Origin: Spizellomyces punctatus DAOM BR117
Taxonomy: Eukaryota
DNA length: 64,000 bases
Assembly: GCA_000182565.2 (NCBI GenBank)
Contig: KQ257476.1
Reading direction: 5' to 3' (one strand)
The position numbers were made by a program, and so were the translations under genes. Positions 49,537 through 61,425 of the stretch are shown here, one piece after another (position 1 is the stretch's first letter; each line of letters begins with the position of its first letter). The notes under the pieces are model-generated. The model did no database searches. It saw only the letters and a list, made by a program, of their open reading frames with translations, and was not told where the DNA came from.

Positions 49537-50921
49537 GCAATAACAACCGCGTTGGCAAGACGCTATTATTCTTCCTCAATGAAGAGCCCCGTATCAATTT
49601 ATCTACTTAGAAAACGCTTTTCATTGATATCATTCTCTCATCATCTGTGAGCCAACACAACCATGGTATCCCCATCAACAAAAGAGAAGGAAGAAGCCCT
49701 CCAGTGGAGGGCACAACATGCTCTACGGCTCTGGTAAGCTGACTAAGCCTCCGGTTAAGCCACGCCCAGGACCCCGCCGACTGGCCATTCATAACACGTC
49801 ACCTCAGCTGGCCGCATTCGTTTATGTTCTTCTCGCCCTCCCCACCGGATATGTTCCCCCAAATGCATACGGGGGCAAGATATCACAGGCAGCGACTAGT
49901 ACGTCGGTGAAATTGTATCGCACCGCACAACAAACAACCCAAACGACGGACACGCTTAGGGAATCCCCACCACTTCAAACAACGGCCCAAACAACGGATA
50001 CGTGATACGTGGGAAATCCTTACCCACACCAGACAATGGCTCGAATAACCCATGGTCGCAAAACGCAAGTGTGAAAAGCGGCGAGACGAAAATCCACCAA
50101 GCAGAATGTTTTGTCGGGGTGATAGGAACTCCTGCAATGGGATACCTCCTATCCCAGCAGACGAAGACCGGTGCCCGTTGTGCAAGAAGACGACATATCA
50201 ATGTTCGTCGCGCGACGACAAGGGTTACAAATGCCACAAGTGCCGCCTCAATAATTCGAATTCGATTTCTGATGCAGTCAGTTCTTGGTGAGTGCACGAG
50301 AAAGTCCATTGCTCATGTGGCCACACTGAACTGAATCATCTGCTCTTGACAGCACACAACAAATAGAACCGAGTCGCCTGAGGTCAATACATCCTGGAAC
50401 CTCTCCGCAAGGCCGTAAATCGCACGCTCCAATCGAATAGGCAATGCGGCCAACCTCATCCTGCCCTCGTCATTCCTATTATCTTGGTGCACCTTCTGGG
50501 AGATCCTGTGCAGTTTGTGGGGAAAACTGCCACGACACAGACCTGCGTGAAAGTTAATTCCCGTGGCCGCCATCCGGATCTGCTGCCGAGAAAGACCACG
50601 TCATCCGATGGATCTTTGGAACTTGGATTGCCGCTGAGCATTTGCCCGATAGCGCCGTAGGGGGGGGGGGGGGGGGGGGACTTGATTATCTGAAGCTTTG
50701 GCACATATGGAAATGTGCTGTCGGGAGTATGGGTGCACGGTCGCTTTTCGCGACCATGCGTCGTTTAGGCCGTTGTCTGGTGGGGGTAAGGATTTCCCAC
50801 GTATCACGTATCTGTTGTTTGGGCCGTTGTTTGAAGCGGTGGGGATTCCCTAAACGTGCCCGTCGTTTGGGCTGTTGTGCGGTGTGGTAAGGAGAAAGAG
50901 GGAGCCGCTTTGTGAAGACCA
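49537..50921. pseudogene. Scrambled mosaic of fragments of the neighbouring ycf45-like gene and of the BTB/Cys-rich gene
   Basis: 49537-49706 matches the promoter/start region 51073-51423. 50130-50245 matches the reverse complement of 57747-57860. 50355-50715 matches the reverse complement of parts of 52495-53107. 50901-50921 matches 53521-53542. Confidence 0.85.
49918..50888. repeat. ~150-bp inverted repeat pair (49918-50068 / 50740-50888)
   Basis: caccgcacaac..cccaaacgacgg..tagggaatccccacc.cttcaaacaacggcccaaacaac.gatacgtgatacgtgggaaatccttaccc.caccagacaa is present on both strands. Confidence 0.9.
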
Positions 50922-51378
50922 GACCAATCTGTTCAGTGCATGCAAGCACGGGTTCACATTAGTTACACATATTTGACCAGTATGTAGTCTACCCTGAGCT
51001 ACTCCATAAAATAATCAAGTACTGTTATTAGCTCGCTTATATGTTACATAAATATAGTTTAAAGCGTGACAAGCAATAACAACAGCTTTGGCAAGAGATT
51101 TAAACCAGAAATAACAACAGCGTCATGATCCAATAAAAGAGTAGATCAGTTTGTTTATTTAAAAAACGCGTCACTAAGCCACTCTTGCCAGACAGAACGC
51201 TGCTTTCCAGACAGAGCTTATTCTCGTTGTCCAGCAGCGCTCTTTTTGATTGATTTCGATCTGAAAACGCTCCATCATTGACACCATTTCCCCGCATCTA
51301 TCCACACATACCAAACCCTACCAACAACCAACCACTTGAACCAAATCTCCCGGCCTTTTGAAATCTCAACCCCAAAGC

Positions 51379-53755
51379 ATGCGGACCCCTGCGCAACAAG
51401 AGGAAGACGAAGCCTTAGCTTGGGTTCATACGAGAGTACGAACTATGTGCGCGAGAAACCAGGAATGGAATATCAGCGATCTGGTCAACGTGTTGAGAAG
51501 GGAAAACGACGCATTGACAGCCGCCTTCAGCAGAATAGGGAAGAACTGGAGTACCATTCTGGATAGGCACTTTCCGAATGAGTTTGACTTCAGAACCGCG
51601 GAAGGAAGAACCTACCTGCGGCTCCGACCCGGCGGCGGCGGAACCCCGTCTGACGACGGCGGCTCTGCTGCCGTCGGGAAGGAAGTGGCTACTGACGTTG
51701 GGAAGGAGGTCGCTATTAACGTTGCGAGATTGGCTTTAGTGAGCCCAATGAGTAACCGAGCCAACGTCACGAAAATAAACAGCAAGCAACTGTATGATGA
51801 GATGAGAGCGATCACAGAAGAGGCCCCGTACGTAGTCGTCCATGATTGGGGTTCTGCTTTTCTCGTTGGTGTTCCTGGGGGACGCACCTTTGTTGCTGTC
51901 CCATCCCTTCATGCCAGCAATATGAAAGAAATTCGAGATCATCAACGCAACTTGTTTGACAAAGGGAAGATGGTCATCAGTTGGCATTCCTCTGCTAGCC
52001 CTCCCGGTACTGAAGAGTGCACCGTTTGGAATTTCTACAGGGGTTTGGTACAACTGCAAAAGCCGTTGAAGAATAAGCTACTAATACCCATCAACGAAAG
52101 CTCGTACGAAGAATTTCGAGATGTTTTCGCCGCAACCTTCTCCATCCCAAACGTCTCCGTTCCTGAACTTGGAGCGAACACCGAGCAATGGCTTACGTCG
52201 GCCGGCAATGAAGCGATGGCGTTGATTGATAGCTGCATTCTACTCGGCCAATTAAAAATAATGATCGAGCTGCGCTTATCAGAGGGCAAAGAGACAGTTG
52301 GCAAGGTTCCTAAGCTGCCGATTGTCGCCGCCTACGACGAAGACGCCTACGATATCGACTTATTAACATCTTTTGACAAGGCGTGGAAGGCAATCCACCG
52401 TTTTCAGAACCCGACTGCAAAATTAGTCCCCGTGCCCCCATTCCCCGGTGGTGATATCCTTCAAGCCCGCAGGCAATGTCTTACTCCAGACGGCAGATTT
52501 CCATATGCGCCAGAGCTGCAGATCATCAAGCCTCCCCTACGGCGCATATTGCAAATGCTTAGCGGTGATCCAAGTACCAAGGAGAACTACCTCGACCCAT
52601 GGTACGACGAAGAAGATCGCGTCTATACTGTACACGAAGGCAGCCCCAGCGGCGTCGCCGGCTCCTTCCGGACGGCTGGTGATGCCGCCGGGGCCGCCAC
52701 CGACAGTGAGCAAGGTCCATTGGATGACGTGGTCGACCTGCGACAAGGGCTCCTGGATGCTTTCAAACCCACTGAGCTCGAAAACCTCAGTGAAATCTAT
52801 CTGGATGTGGGAGACGCAGCGTCCGCTATCACGTTCAAGGGAGAATACCGGGAGTTCTCTGTGAAGCCTCTTTCTCGGGCGCAGATCCAGATGGCGGCGA
52901 CGGGAATTCCCTTTCATGCCGATCTGTGTCGTGGCAGTTTTCCGAACGAACTGCACAGGATCTCGCAAAAGTTGCAGCGAGATGTGCTCGATGACGAGGG
53001 CAAGATGGGTTTAGCTGGATTGACCATTCGAGTGGAGCGGGCGATTTACGGGCTTGCAGAGAGGTTTCAAGATATACTGAATTCAGATGACTCTGTTTTA
53101 TTTGTTGGCCTGCCGGGTGCTGGGAAAACCGCCGTGTTACGGGATGTGTGTGCATACATAGCAGAGGGAATCCATCCAAGAAAACTTGCATTAGTAGATT
53201 CATCGCAAGAACTTGGCGGTGCAGACTTCGTGCGGCACAAATGTCTTGGCCGTACAAGGTGGTTTGGCGGTTTGGGCTGGGAGGGCGATCTTGCGGAACT
53301 AATGTCGCTGATCATGCGCAACCACACTCCACTTGTGATGGCCACCGACGAGATCACGGCTCGATCGGAAATCGACGCCGCCCGCAGCATCAAAGAAAGT
53401 GGTCTTCGTATGCTTGCCACCTGCCATGGGTCATTCCAGGATTTGATCAAGCACCCTGACAAGAATACTCTGCTCGGTGGTATTGCATCTGTGACAGTCA
53501 CGGATGAGAAGGCGCAAAAGGGGGGCCGCTTTGTGAAGACCATGCAGTCGCGAGCAAAGAGTCCGATATTCGATGTGATAATCGAAATCCACTCGAAGAC
53601 ACAGTATGTCGTCCTATCGAAACATCGGCGAGGCGGTAGATCGTGCCATTGACTTCCAACCTGTTGTTGCGGAGCATCGCTGGCTCGATGAAAGAGGAGT
53701 CCTGATGTCCCGCTTCTCGCCGACATTTATCTTTGAGATTGCTCCGACGTTGTGA
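51379..53755 (+). CDS. Intronless protein: putative OST-HTH/LOTUS + degenerate 3'-5' exonuclease-like region + ycf45/SpoIIIAA-type P-loop ATPase; +1 frameshift near the C-terminus
   Basis: LHRISQ..GLTIRVERAIYG, LFVGLPGAGKTAVLRD, VDSSQELGG, RNHTPLVMATDEI, LATCHG, LLGGIASVTVTDE and FDVIIEI. The N-terminus WNISDLVNVL..IGKNWSTILDRHFPNEFDF..GRTYLRLR is winged-helix-like. The frame shifts at ~53613 to YRNIGEAVDRAID...*53755. Confidence 0.85.
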
Positions 53756-53970
53756 CGGTCGGCGAACCTCCAGGGGCTCCGGCGGCGTCGGTCAGCTCGA
53801 TCGATGCTGCTGGAGCTCCCGGGCTCTGGCGCAATTATTGGTGATGGACACAAATGAGTGCGTGACAGATGCGTAACGGTCATCATCCTGCTGCTGTCTT
53901 GGAATAACTTGTAAATTTGTGTATATCTGATCTGTGTTGCTTGCTGATGTGAAGATTTCTCGCTTCTGTA

Positions 53971-54500
53971 TCATTTGCAATATAAAATATCTGAAACCAT
54001 GACAGTTTGGTGACTTTCAAGTTCAGTCTGAATCGATTCATCACTTACTACAGTGTAGCGCCATTCAATTGACATGGCCGACTGCTTTGACCCATTTTTC
54101 TCTTGAACTAGAACAGCAAATGGTGCTGGGTTTGTTACAGAGTACTTATAGAGAAAACATTCTCCGATGCTAGGAAATACCCAGCCTCTTTTATTGCAGT
54201 TGAAAGCGTGACAAACTTGTGAACTAGTCTGTAATAGGTGGAAAACGGCCAGTCGATCATAGTTTGAAATGTCGCGCTTGATCACGCTACTAAGTTCTCT
54301 AGGGAGTACCCAATATTGATAATGAATAAATCCTATGGAGGTTTCAATAACGACAGAGTTCAAAGTCCACCCAACCAACTGTTTCATAGTATGCTACTAT
54401 TATCGGTGCCTCACCAATGAGATTGCAAACTTGAGGAGTATACAATGTTGTGGTGTCATCGGTGAATTTCGACTTTGCAGGCCGGCGCTCTGTTATCATC
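53971..54500 (-). CDS. Hypothetical protein or remnant
   Basis: Overlapping ORFs 53971..54387 and 54344..54607. No motif recognised. Confidence 0.2.
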
Positions 54501-54844
54501 CCCCTGAACGTAACAAAAACCCGAAATGATATCCTAGAGGTACAATTGTAGAGGTACAATTGTTGATGCCTTGCAAGAATGCATTTTGGCGCTTCTGGCT
54601 CGCGCACCGACTAGGCGGCTTCTAGCGCTATCACCAAAGGAACTGGCGCTAAGACGCGCATATCGTAATTAAGAGACCCGCCGCGATTCCAGACATGCCT
54701 GAGTTCACAAGTCTGGAACAGAATGGCGGCATATTAAGTGGAAATGGCTTCTGATTCGTGACGGACAATACTTCTTATGCTAATGATGTGCAGGAAAAAA
54801 TACCTACGGAACCAAGAAAAAATAACTACGGAACCACCTACGGA

Positions 54845-54930
54845 CGCTCCCGGCCAGGGTCGAACTGGCAACCTCTCGGTAGCTATTCTGGATAACAGCC
54901 GAACGCGCTAACCAATTGCGCCACGGAAGC
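54845..54930 (-). tRNA. tRNA-Asn(GTT) with a 12-nt intron
   Basis: Reverse complement GCTTCCGTGGCGCAATTGGTTAGCGCGTTCGGCT-GTT-A[TCCAGAATAGCT]ACCGAGAGGTTGCCAGTTCGACCCTGGCCGGGAGCG. Confidence 0.95.
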
Positions 54931-55805
54931 CTTAATTTTTCAGTGCTTGGGTGTAAATATGTGTATAAATAAATATGGCACACGTAGCGCAAACTATTGC
55001 GATTGATTTATTTGGGATTTCCAATGAGCGATTTCCAATGCGCTCATTGCACCAAAACTGTGCCCAGTGGCACCCGTACACACCTTCTCAGGTGCCCAGT
55101 CAAATGAACACATGCAACCCGACGCAAAGACGGCTAAAAAAGGCTTTAGTTCCGTTGGTGCGTAGGCGTGTCGTCACAAAAAAAAATAGGTATGAAAAAA
55201 ATAAACAGTTGGTGCTGCAAAGGGCTTTTGCTGAGTGGCGGAGAGGGTAAGCGTCCGAATCGCTGAGCCCCCCGCCGTTTTTCTTAAAGTTTCAGAGCCC
55301 AAAAAGCTTAGTAAGAAACTCTTAGTGTGTGTACGTGTGTGTAATTTGAATGGCTGACAGTTCCCCCCCAAATTTCAATTTGTCTGATGAAGGGATACAT
55401 TCCGCAAGTCGCGCACTCACTACGAATTGTATCCTCTCCTTTTCTTTTTTTTCTTCTTCTTCTTTTTCTGTTTAGAACCCATGTCATTTAAAAACAAGGG
55501 AACGTCCTTTTGTCTTTTGTATCTTGTTCATTGGGACAGCTGTTTTGTTTCATAGGATATAAACTGACCCATCACGCGGGTCACAAGGGAAACACCCCAT
55601 AATAAAAGCCATAGTGTGCTCACTCGCAACACGGATCGGGACGCGGGATTGCGCAAGAAGGGAAAATCCAAAAGTATGTGTGTTGGGTGAATTGTCGTCA
55701 TTTAATATACTGCCCGATGGGCTTTCTGTTTACTCACATTTTTGCTTTAAAAGCAAGAACACATTCCCGTATTTCCTTCGTTATTTCAACAATATACAAA
55801 AAGAC

Positions 55806-56555
55806 ATGCAGTTTCTCCCGTCTCCCTCTACACACGCTTTTTCGACTTCATCCACCAAATTGCCAAAAACGCAAGCAACAACACATACAGCAGACGCCGC
55901 CCTAACGCGCGCGGCGGCCTCGTTGCTCTTTAGATTTCCTTCCGCTCAACCACAGTCATCACCCTCCAAGTCATTCGATACCTCATGCTCTCCATATAGA
56001 TCTACTCTCACAACTCCAAGACTCAAGCTCGTGCCTGTCGCAGATATACCCAAGAGATTTTTGGATCATGTAGCGGATTTACTAGATAGATTTGGGTTCA
56101 AGTCGATAGACGAGATGGACAAGCAACTTACGGGGCACCACGAAATGTGGATTATCGAATTACAAGAAGGGTCATCAAGTGTATCATCATCAACATTCTC
56201 ATCATCATCTTCCCTGGCACCTCGTTATGTTGGCATAGTTGATTTACGTGTCCATTCCCTTCCTTACACATCCTCGCCCGAGGCATCGCTCGAGCTATTG
56301 ATCGCACCATTGTACCGAGGTCAAGGATATGCCACTGAAGCCGCCAAACACGTCCTAAAGCATGTTCTTCATCCATCGCAAGGACGCCCTCTGCACCGCG
56401 TCTCGGCAGCCACATCACCAGCATACCCGGCAATGGAGCGCGTTGTAGAAAAATTGGGAATGCAGCCAGCTGATAACCTCGGCTACTGTACATTAGATGA
56501 TGCTAGGTACTGGGAGATTACCGAAGAGGGCTTTGCAGACTTGTGGTTGGAGTAA
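55806..56555 (+). CDS. GNAT acetyltransferase, RimJ/RimL (Acetyltransf_3) type
   Basis: TLTTPRLKLVP, YVGIVDL, IAPLYRGQGYATEAAKHVL and AMERVVEKLGM. Confidence 0.88.
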   Translation: MQFLPSPSTHAFSTSSTKLPKTQATTHTADAALTRAAASLLFRFPSAQPQSSPSKSFDTSCSPYRSTLTTPRLKLVPVADIPKRFLDHVADLLDRFGFKSIDEMDKQLTGHHEMWIIELQEGSSSVSSSTFSSSSSLAPRYVGIVDLRVHSLPYTSSPEASLELLIAPLYRGQGYATEAAKHVLKHVLHPSQGRPLHRVSAATSPAYPAMERVVEKLGMQPADNLGYCTLDDARYWEITEEGFADLWLE

Positions 56556-57468
56556 TTGTTATTGATTCAGAGCCTCTTTCTTTGTGCATGATTCTGTGCA
56601 TTTTGCTTTAGACATACGTATACATTGATTTGCTATGTAAATATATTTTGTCCGTAAATATACTTTTGAGCACCATGTGTAATGTCCGTAGCACGCCCAT
56701 AACATTCTCACTAACAGGGACATTGCAATCCAGGCCGACCTGGTGACTGCCGCATCACCAGACCAGCGAGCACAGTATTCCCAACGAAACCAGTTTTGCA
56801 ATCGTGACGGTGTCCGCCGCCAATCCCCGCCACCAACCGCTGTCCAATACCCCCGGACACGAAATATTGGATGAGAAACCACAAGTGTAAGGAAGATGAA
56901 GGAAGATGAGCACAAAGAGGGGCCCCTGCACAGGTGGGACACACGTGAGCCTGTGTGGCTGAAGCGGCGAAGGAACTGGTTTCATACAACTCTCAGCTAA
57001 TCCATTTTGTTGTCCCGAAATCGGCGACGATGCTGGGCTTGGCTCTTTGATTTGCCTGCGATCCAGATGGTTTGCCCGAGGACACATTGTATGCAGTATT
57101 CAGCCAAGATGACACTTGCGCCCTCCATTTCTCCCAAACTTTGATCGGTATGTCGTTCTTTGACCACATACGAACATGATCGTGCTCAAGCATGTATAGA
57201 TTACTGCTATGATAATGCTAGTCTTATTGCCATATTGAAGAATACGTACACTATACTGCTAATTACACCGCTTTGGTTGATAGTTTCAATATAAGTGGGA
57301 ACATATACACTACACATTCGCCTCCCGATTTGTTGTGCGCAATATGTGGCGAGTCGATTCTACAAGCAGACGCACGTCAGAGCGGTTATTTCGTATCGTT
57401 AACGTATTTGAACAATCTGCAGGACGTGAAACACTTACCGAAAAGGATCCAGCTATGGTGCATGACGG

Positions 57469-58341
57469 CTAACCAAAGAGAACATGAAATGCTTCGTTGA
57501 AAGTTTCCAGTAACACAGGTGAAATCTGTAGGTGTCCAGAATTGATTTTTTTCTTGAAATGCTGAAGCCGCTTGGTCCATTTGTCCACTTTTGACTCCAC
57601 TGTTGACGCCATCTTTTTGAGTTGCGTCCAAAGATTCAGTATGTTATAGCTGTGGGAATGTTGGCCCGCCGTTATCAACCAGATGATTGGAAGACATAGG
57701 GATACAAAAAGCTTGTTCATATCACAGCACTTCTTGCAGTGAAGGCACTTGTGGCATTTGTAACCCTCCTCGTCACGCGACGAGTATTGATACATCGATT
57801 TCTTGCACAACGGGCACCGGTCTTCGTCTGCTCGGATAGGAGGTATCCCATTGCAGGATTTGCTACAGCGTAAAGCAGCTTGAAAAATCGACAGCATCTG
57901 GTGGTCATCGAAAGACACGGTCTCCATAGCCACCCAAAGGTCCTGAACCATTTCTTTCGACCGGGCTATCTTTCTCACTGCGGCACCTACGAGATCCAGA
58001 CCCGAGAATTGCAACATGAACGCCATCTCCAAGTACTGCATGGCGCTCATATTGGTAATCGCAAGATCGTCCTCACGGTGGGTATACATGCACATGATTA
58101 TCCGAGTAAAGGTCTCGTCATCGGAAGTGAATGCCTTAGCATGAACCTCGTAGAGTATCTCGCCAGATTGCTCGTCGTTCCGCTTCTCTTCAAAGGACTT
58201 GTAGTGCTCGAAAAAGGCTGCCAATTGAAGGACCTCCATCTTGGCATAGAGAATATTGCCGTTGTTGAGCACAATCCTGGTGTCGGCATCGTTCTGGTTA
58301 TTAAATGCAGGAAGACCAGCAGGCTTGATCGGTTTTGTCAT
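57469..58341 (-). CDS. BTB/POZ-like protein with a Cys-rich (Zn-finger-like) C-terminal region
   Basis: ADTRIVLNNGNILYAKMEVLQLAAFF..DDETFTRIIMCMYT..YLEMAFMLQFSGL (BTB-like), then CSKSC..CPLC..CHKCLHCKKCC. Confidence 0.7.
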   Translation of the reverse strand: MTKPIKPAGLPAFNNQNDADTRIVLNNGNILYAKMEVLQLAAFFEHYKSFEEKRNDEQSGEILYEVHAKAFTSDDETFTRIIMCMYTHREDDLAITNMSAMQYLEMAFMLQFSGLDLVGAAVRKIARSKEMVQDLWVAMETVSFDDHQMLSIFQAALRCSKSCNGIPPIRADEDRCPLCKKSMYQYSSRDEEGYKCHKCLHCKKCCDMNKLFVSLCLPIIWLITAGQHSHSYNILNLWTQLKKMASTVESKVDKWTKRLQHFKKKINSGHLQISPVLLETFNEAFHVLFG

Positions 58342-59507
58342 CGTCGTAGTGCTGGAGTGTAAGTCGCGATAGAGCTTTCCAAGGAGAGCTTTGATTATTG
58401 GAAACCAATGGATTGAGCATCCATGGGAAACATCATATTACATCAATTCAACACACGGGTGACAGATGCTGGGCTTGTGAAGCAGAACGTGTATAGCAGG
58501 GATTTCATCACTTCTCCGTCCAACCCCGTGTGAACGTCAGTGATGGCTGGCATTTATCTCGATCGAATCCGGCTTGAAAAACGTCGAGAACGTAAATGCT
58601 CATTTGCTCTCGTCAATTTTCTTGATTTTTGAGCTTTTACGGGCATGGTCTTTAAAGTGTTTTCCTGTTCACTATCCTCATCATATATAAGTTTCGCTTG
58701 TTAGCTTGGGATAGAGCACGCCAATTGCCTGCACTCTATGGTTTAATTCCTTTTGTGGATTGACTAATATCTGATGAGAAACATTCAGCGGTTGCATACG
58801 TTAGCGCTGCTAAAAGAAATAGAATACTTGAGCAATATACATCCCTTTTCCATAGATCTGACACATGAATTGCTCAGAGCACTGTCAATTAGATTTTTCG
58901 ACCATTGCTGCTTATGTAATGCCATGATCTTTTAGTGTTGCTGACATAAAGACGACTTCCATACTTCTACAAAGTCGATATAATACAGAAGAACGGATCG
59001 GAATTTCTTCTTTTCTTTCTTAGACGGTAGATGCCGGAAGAGCTTCATTGCTCCATGCGCAGATGCATGTGAGAGGCAGCTAGAATGGCGCAGGGTTCAG
59101 CCAAAGAGACCTACTTGGAGCGGCAGAGAGCTAGAACGACAAAGGAGGGGTGAACTAGCCTTTGATCCCATCCAGTGATAGCCACCTCTTTATCGTTTAA
59201 CCTGGAAATAGAGCACGCCGATGTCCTGGGGAAAAACGCGCTTTCCTCAAAGGGAGCAGTCGTTAACTAGGAAGTGTGATGTGCCTGTTCAGATTGTGCT
59301 AATCACTAGGTACTTCAAGAATCAGTGACGGACATCATGATATAGCTGTTCAGCATCACCGCCAGTTTTCACTCCGTAAATTGTTATCAACTTATTATCA
59401 AACTGTCACCCATAGTCACATTATCCATTTACATTTTGAGGCCCATGTGTTCTAAAAATCTCATAGATAGATCGCTGCTACCTAACGCTTCTCCGTGCCT
59501 AGATGCA

Positions 59508-60510
59508 TCAATATAATCCTTTAAAGGCTGTAACGTAGATAAAGACGATCGACAACAGGGCCAGAATGGTGCTCATAATCGTAAGTCCAAAACCAGCTCC
59601 AAGAGCCAGTTTTGAAAAGGTGACACCGTCAATACTTGAATCAGCCATATCTTGTTTGAACAACCCAAGCAGGATGATCGAAATAAGTTCAAAGATCACT
59701 AGTGGAAGGACGCCGCATAGGGAAATTGTGGGTAACAAGGTGAATAGGAGGGCGGCACCTGTAAAGAGACGCTTGACACCTACCGGTGGTGAGTCCAGAC
59801 ACTATGCAGATTTGAGCAAAAACTCGGCGAGATGTTTTCCAGTAAAACCCGTATAGCACTGAACGATAGAATGAGAATCGTGGTCAGCGCCCGTTTGCAA
59901 TGGACACAATGACTCGAAGTATTTGCTGATAACGGCTTCACTTACCCATGGCTGCGAAGCTGGCGATCACCGCAAGGGGCATGAGAACTATAAATGAATA
60001 TGAGCATTGACGGTTGCAAGCAAAACAAAAATTGCAGAAGCTCACTTTCGGCTCCCAGTAGCTTTGCGCAAAACGAGTCAGAACTATTCCCGGAACAAAC
60101 GTCTGCCACTTTAATGCATTGCCCTGCAATACAAAAGTCATAGAGCCCAATCTTGGCGGGGAGTGTCCGGTACCTGAAGCAATGAGAATGCACCAAATGC
60201 AGAACTATGTCATGCTTCCATTGTTTGATTGAGAACTACTTGAGCGCGCTTCATACCGGCCGTTCACCCAATCGCCAAGCGCGGTGCCAACGATCGAAAA
60301 GATGGTAGTCAAGAAAAGACTGATGAAAATGGCCACACGCGGCCATGGAATATCGCTTTGGGTCGAGCCAGGTTGTTGCTTGCCAGTATCCTGGACTACG
60401 GCCACGGGAGACTCCAGATGGTGATCCGCGACCTTTTGGGTTGGAACGGACGCCGGATCTGCATAGAAACCGTTGTTGGGAGGATGATTGTAAACCTGTT
60501 GTTGGGACAT
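59508..60510 (-). CDS. Claudin/PMP22/SUR7-like four-TM membrane protein, multi-exon
   Basis: TM1 RVAIFISLFLTTIFSIVGTALGDW, loop KIGLYDFCIAGQC and a final TM LGAGFGLTIMSTILALLSIVFIY. GT-AG introns. Confidence 0.75.
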
Positions 60511-61425
60511 ATTGTGTCTCGCCGATGAATGAACGATAAGGAATAACGGTGGAGGCCTCAATCGGAGGGCCGGACTCCTCCGAACTACCTTAAATACTTT
60601 CGACAAAAAAAATCATCCTCCAGCGGCGATTTTGTGCAACTATGCTCGTATTCCACGGCAACCGGACTCAGCCATGTCCAAGACATAATCATGCGTGCTG
60701 CTGGGATCCCAGACACGTCTCTATGTACCTTCCTACTGCTTCTAAACCTGGTTTACCTGTATCTAAGCATCCTAGAACCAACCAAATTCCGGTGAGGGCA
60801 GGCACCAGTAGGTGGATGTCTATTTAAGTTTCAGTGGGTAGTAGTTACGCGGTTGACCAACCATAATATATTCCGTATGCATATATATCTAGTAGTAGTT
60901 AGCTTTATCCGGCCTGGTTGCTCCCAGACCCAAATGGTGCAATCGGTGACATTCGTTATTGGCAGTACGCGTCGCGTTTTGCATATGGGGCATGCAGTAG
61001 CTCCATCAAACATGTAGAGTCATCCTCCAAAGTTGAAGGACATAGTTATGGTCATACTACAATGCTTTCTATCATTGATTCCATACATATTGGCTGAGCT
61101 CATTTCATATCAAGCTCACCAATTTCATCGTATCGAAACTTTTCGAAAAACATTCATACGTCTCTATTTCAGACCATCCCTATCGTAAGACGAACCAGGA
61201 AATCTGGGCGGGTATGGTCCAATGCGTTCAATTTTGATTCAGCAATGTAGAGGCAGCCAGCGTATGCAACCAAAAACAGTAATCTTGTCTATTGCTTTCT
61301 GATAAGAGTACAGAGACAAGTGGTATTCGTACAGAATGCACAACTTTGCAGGTCCTAGAACGCTTTCTGCATTCCCTTTTCAACGTTCACAAATAGATAC
61401 GCTTGTGCTTCAACTCTATTTCACG

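Noticed and set aside
49918-50888. Definite MULE/Pack-MULE call
   Set aside because: No target-site duplication was found and the arms look like a repetitive coding fragment. Kept only as a hypothesis.
2588-54930. The two tRNA-Asn genes as inverted ends of a giant element
   Set aside because: Their introns and flanks differ, and multicopy tRNA genes are normal.
56711-57193. Stop-codon readthrough or selenoprotein (two in-frame ORFs split by one TGA)
   Set aside because: No recognisable domain or SECIS evidence. More likely a remnant or chance.
58400-59450. Possible gene in the BTB-claudin intergenic region
   Set aside because: No ORF of 60 aa or more and no motif or repeat recognised.
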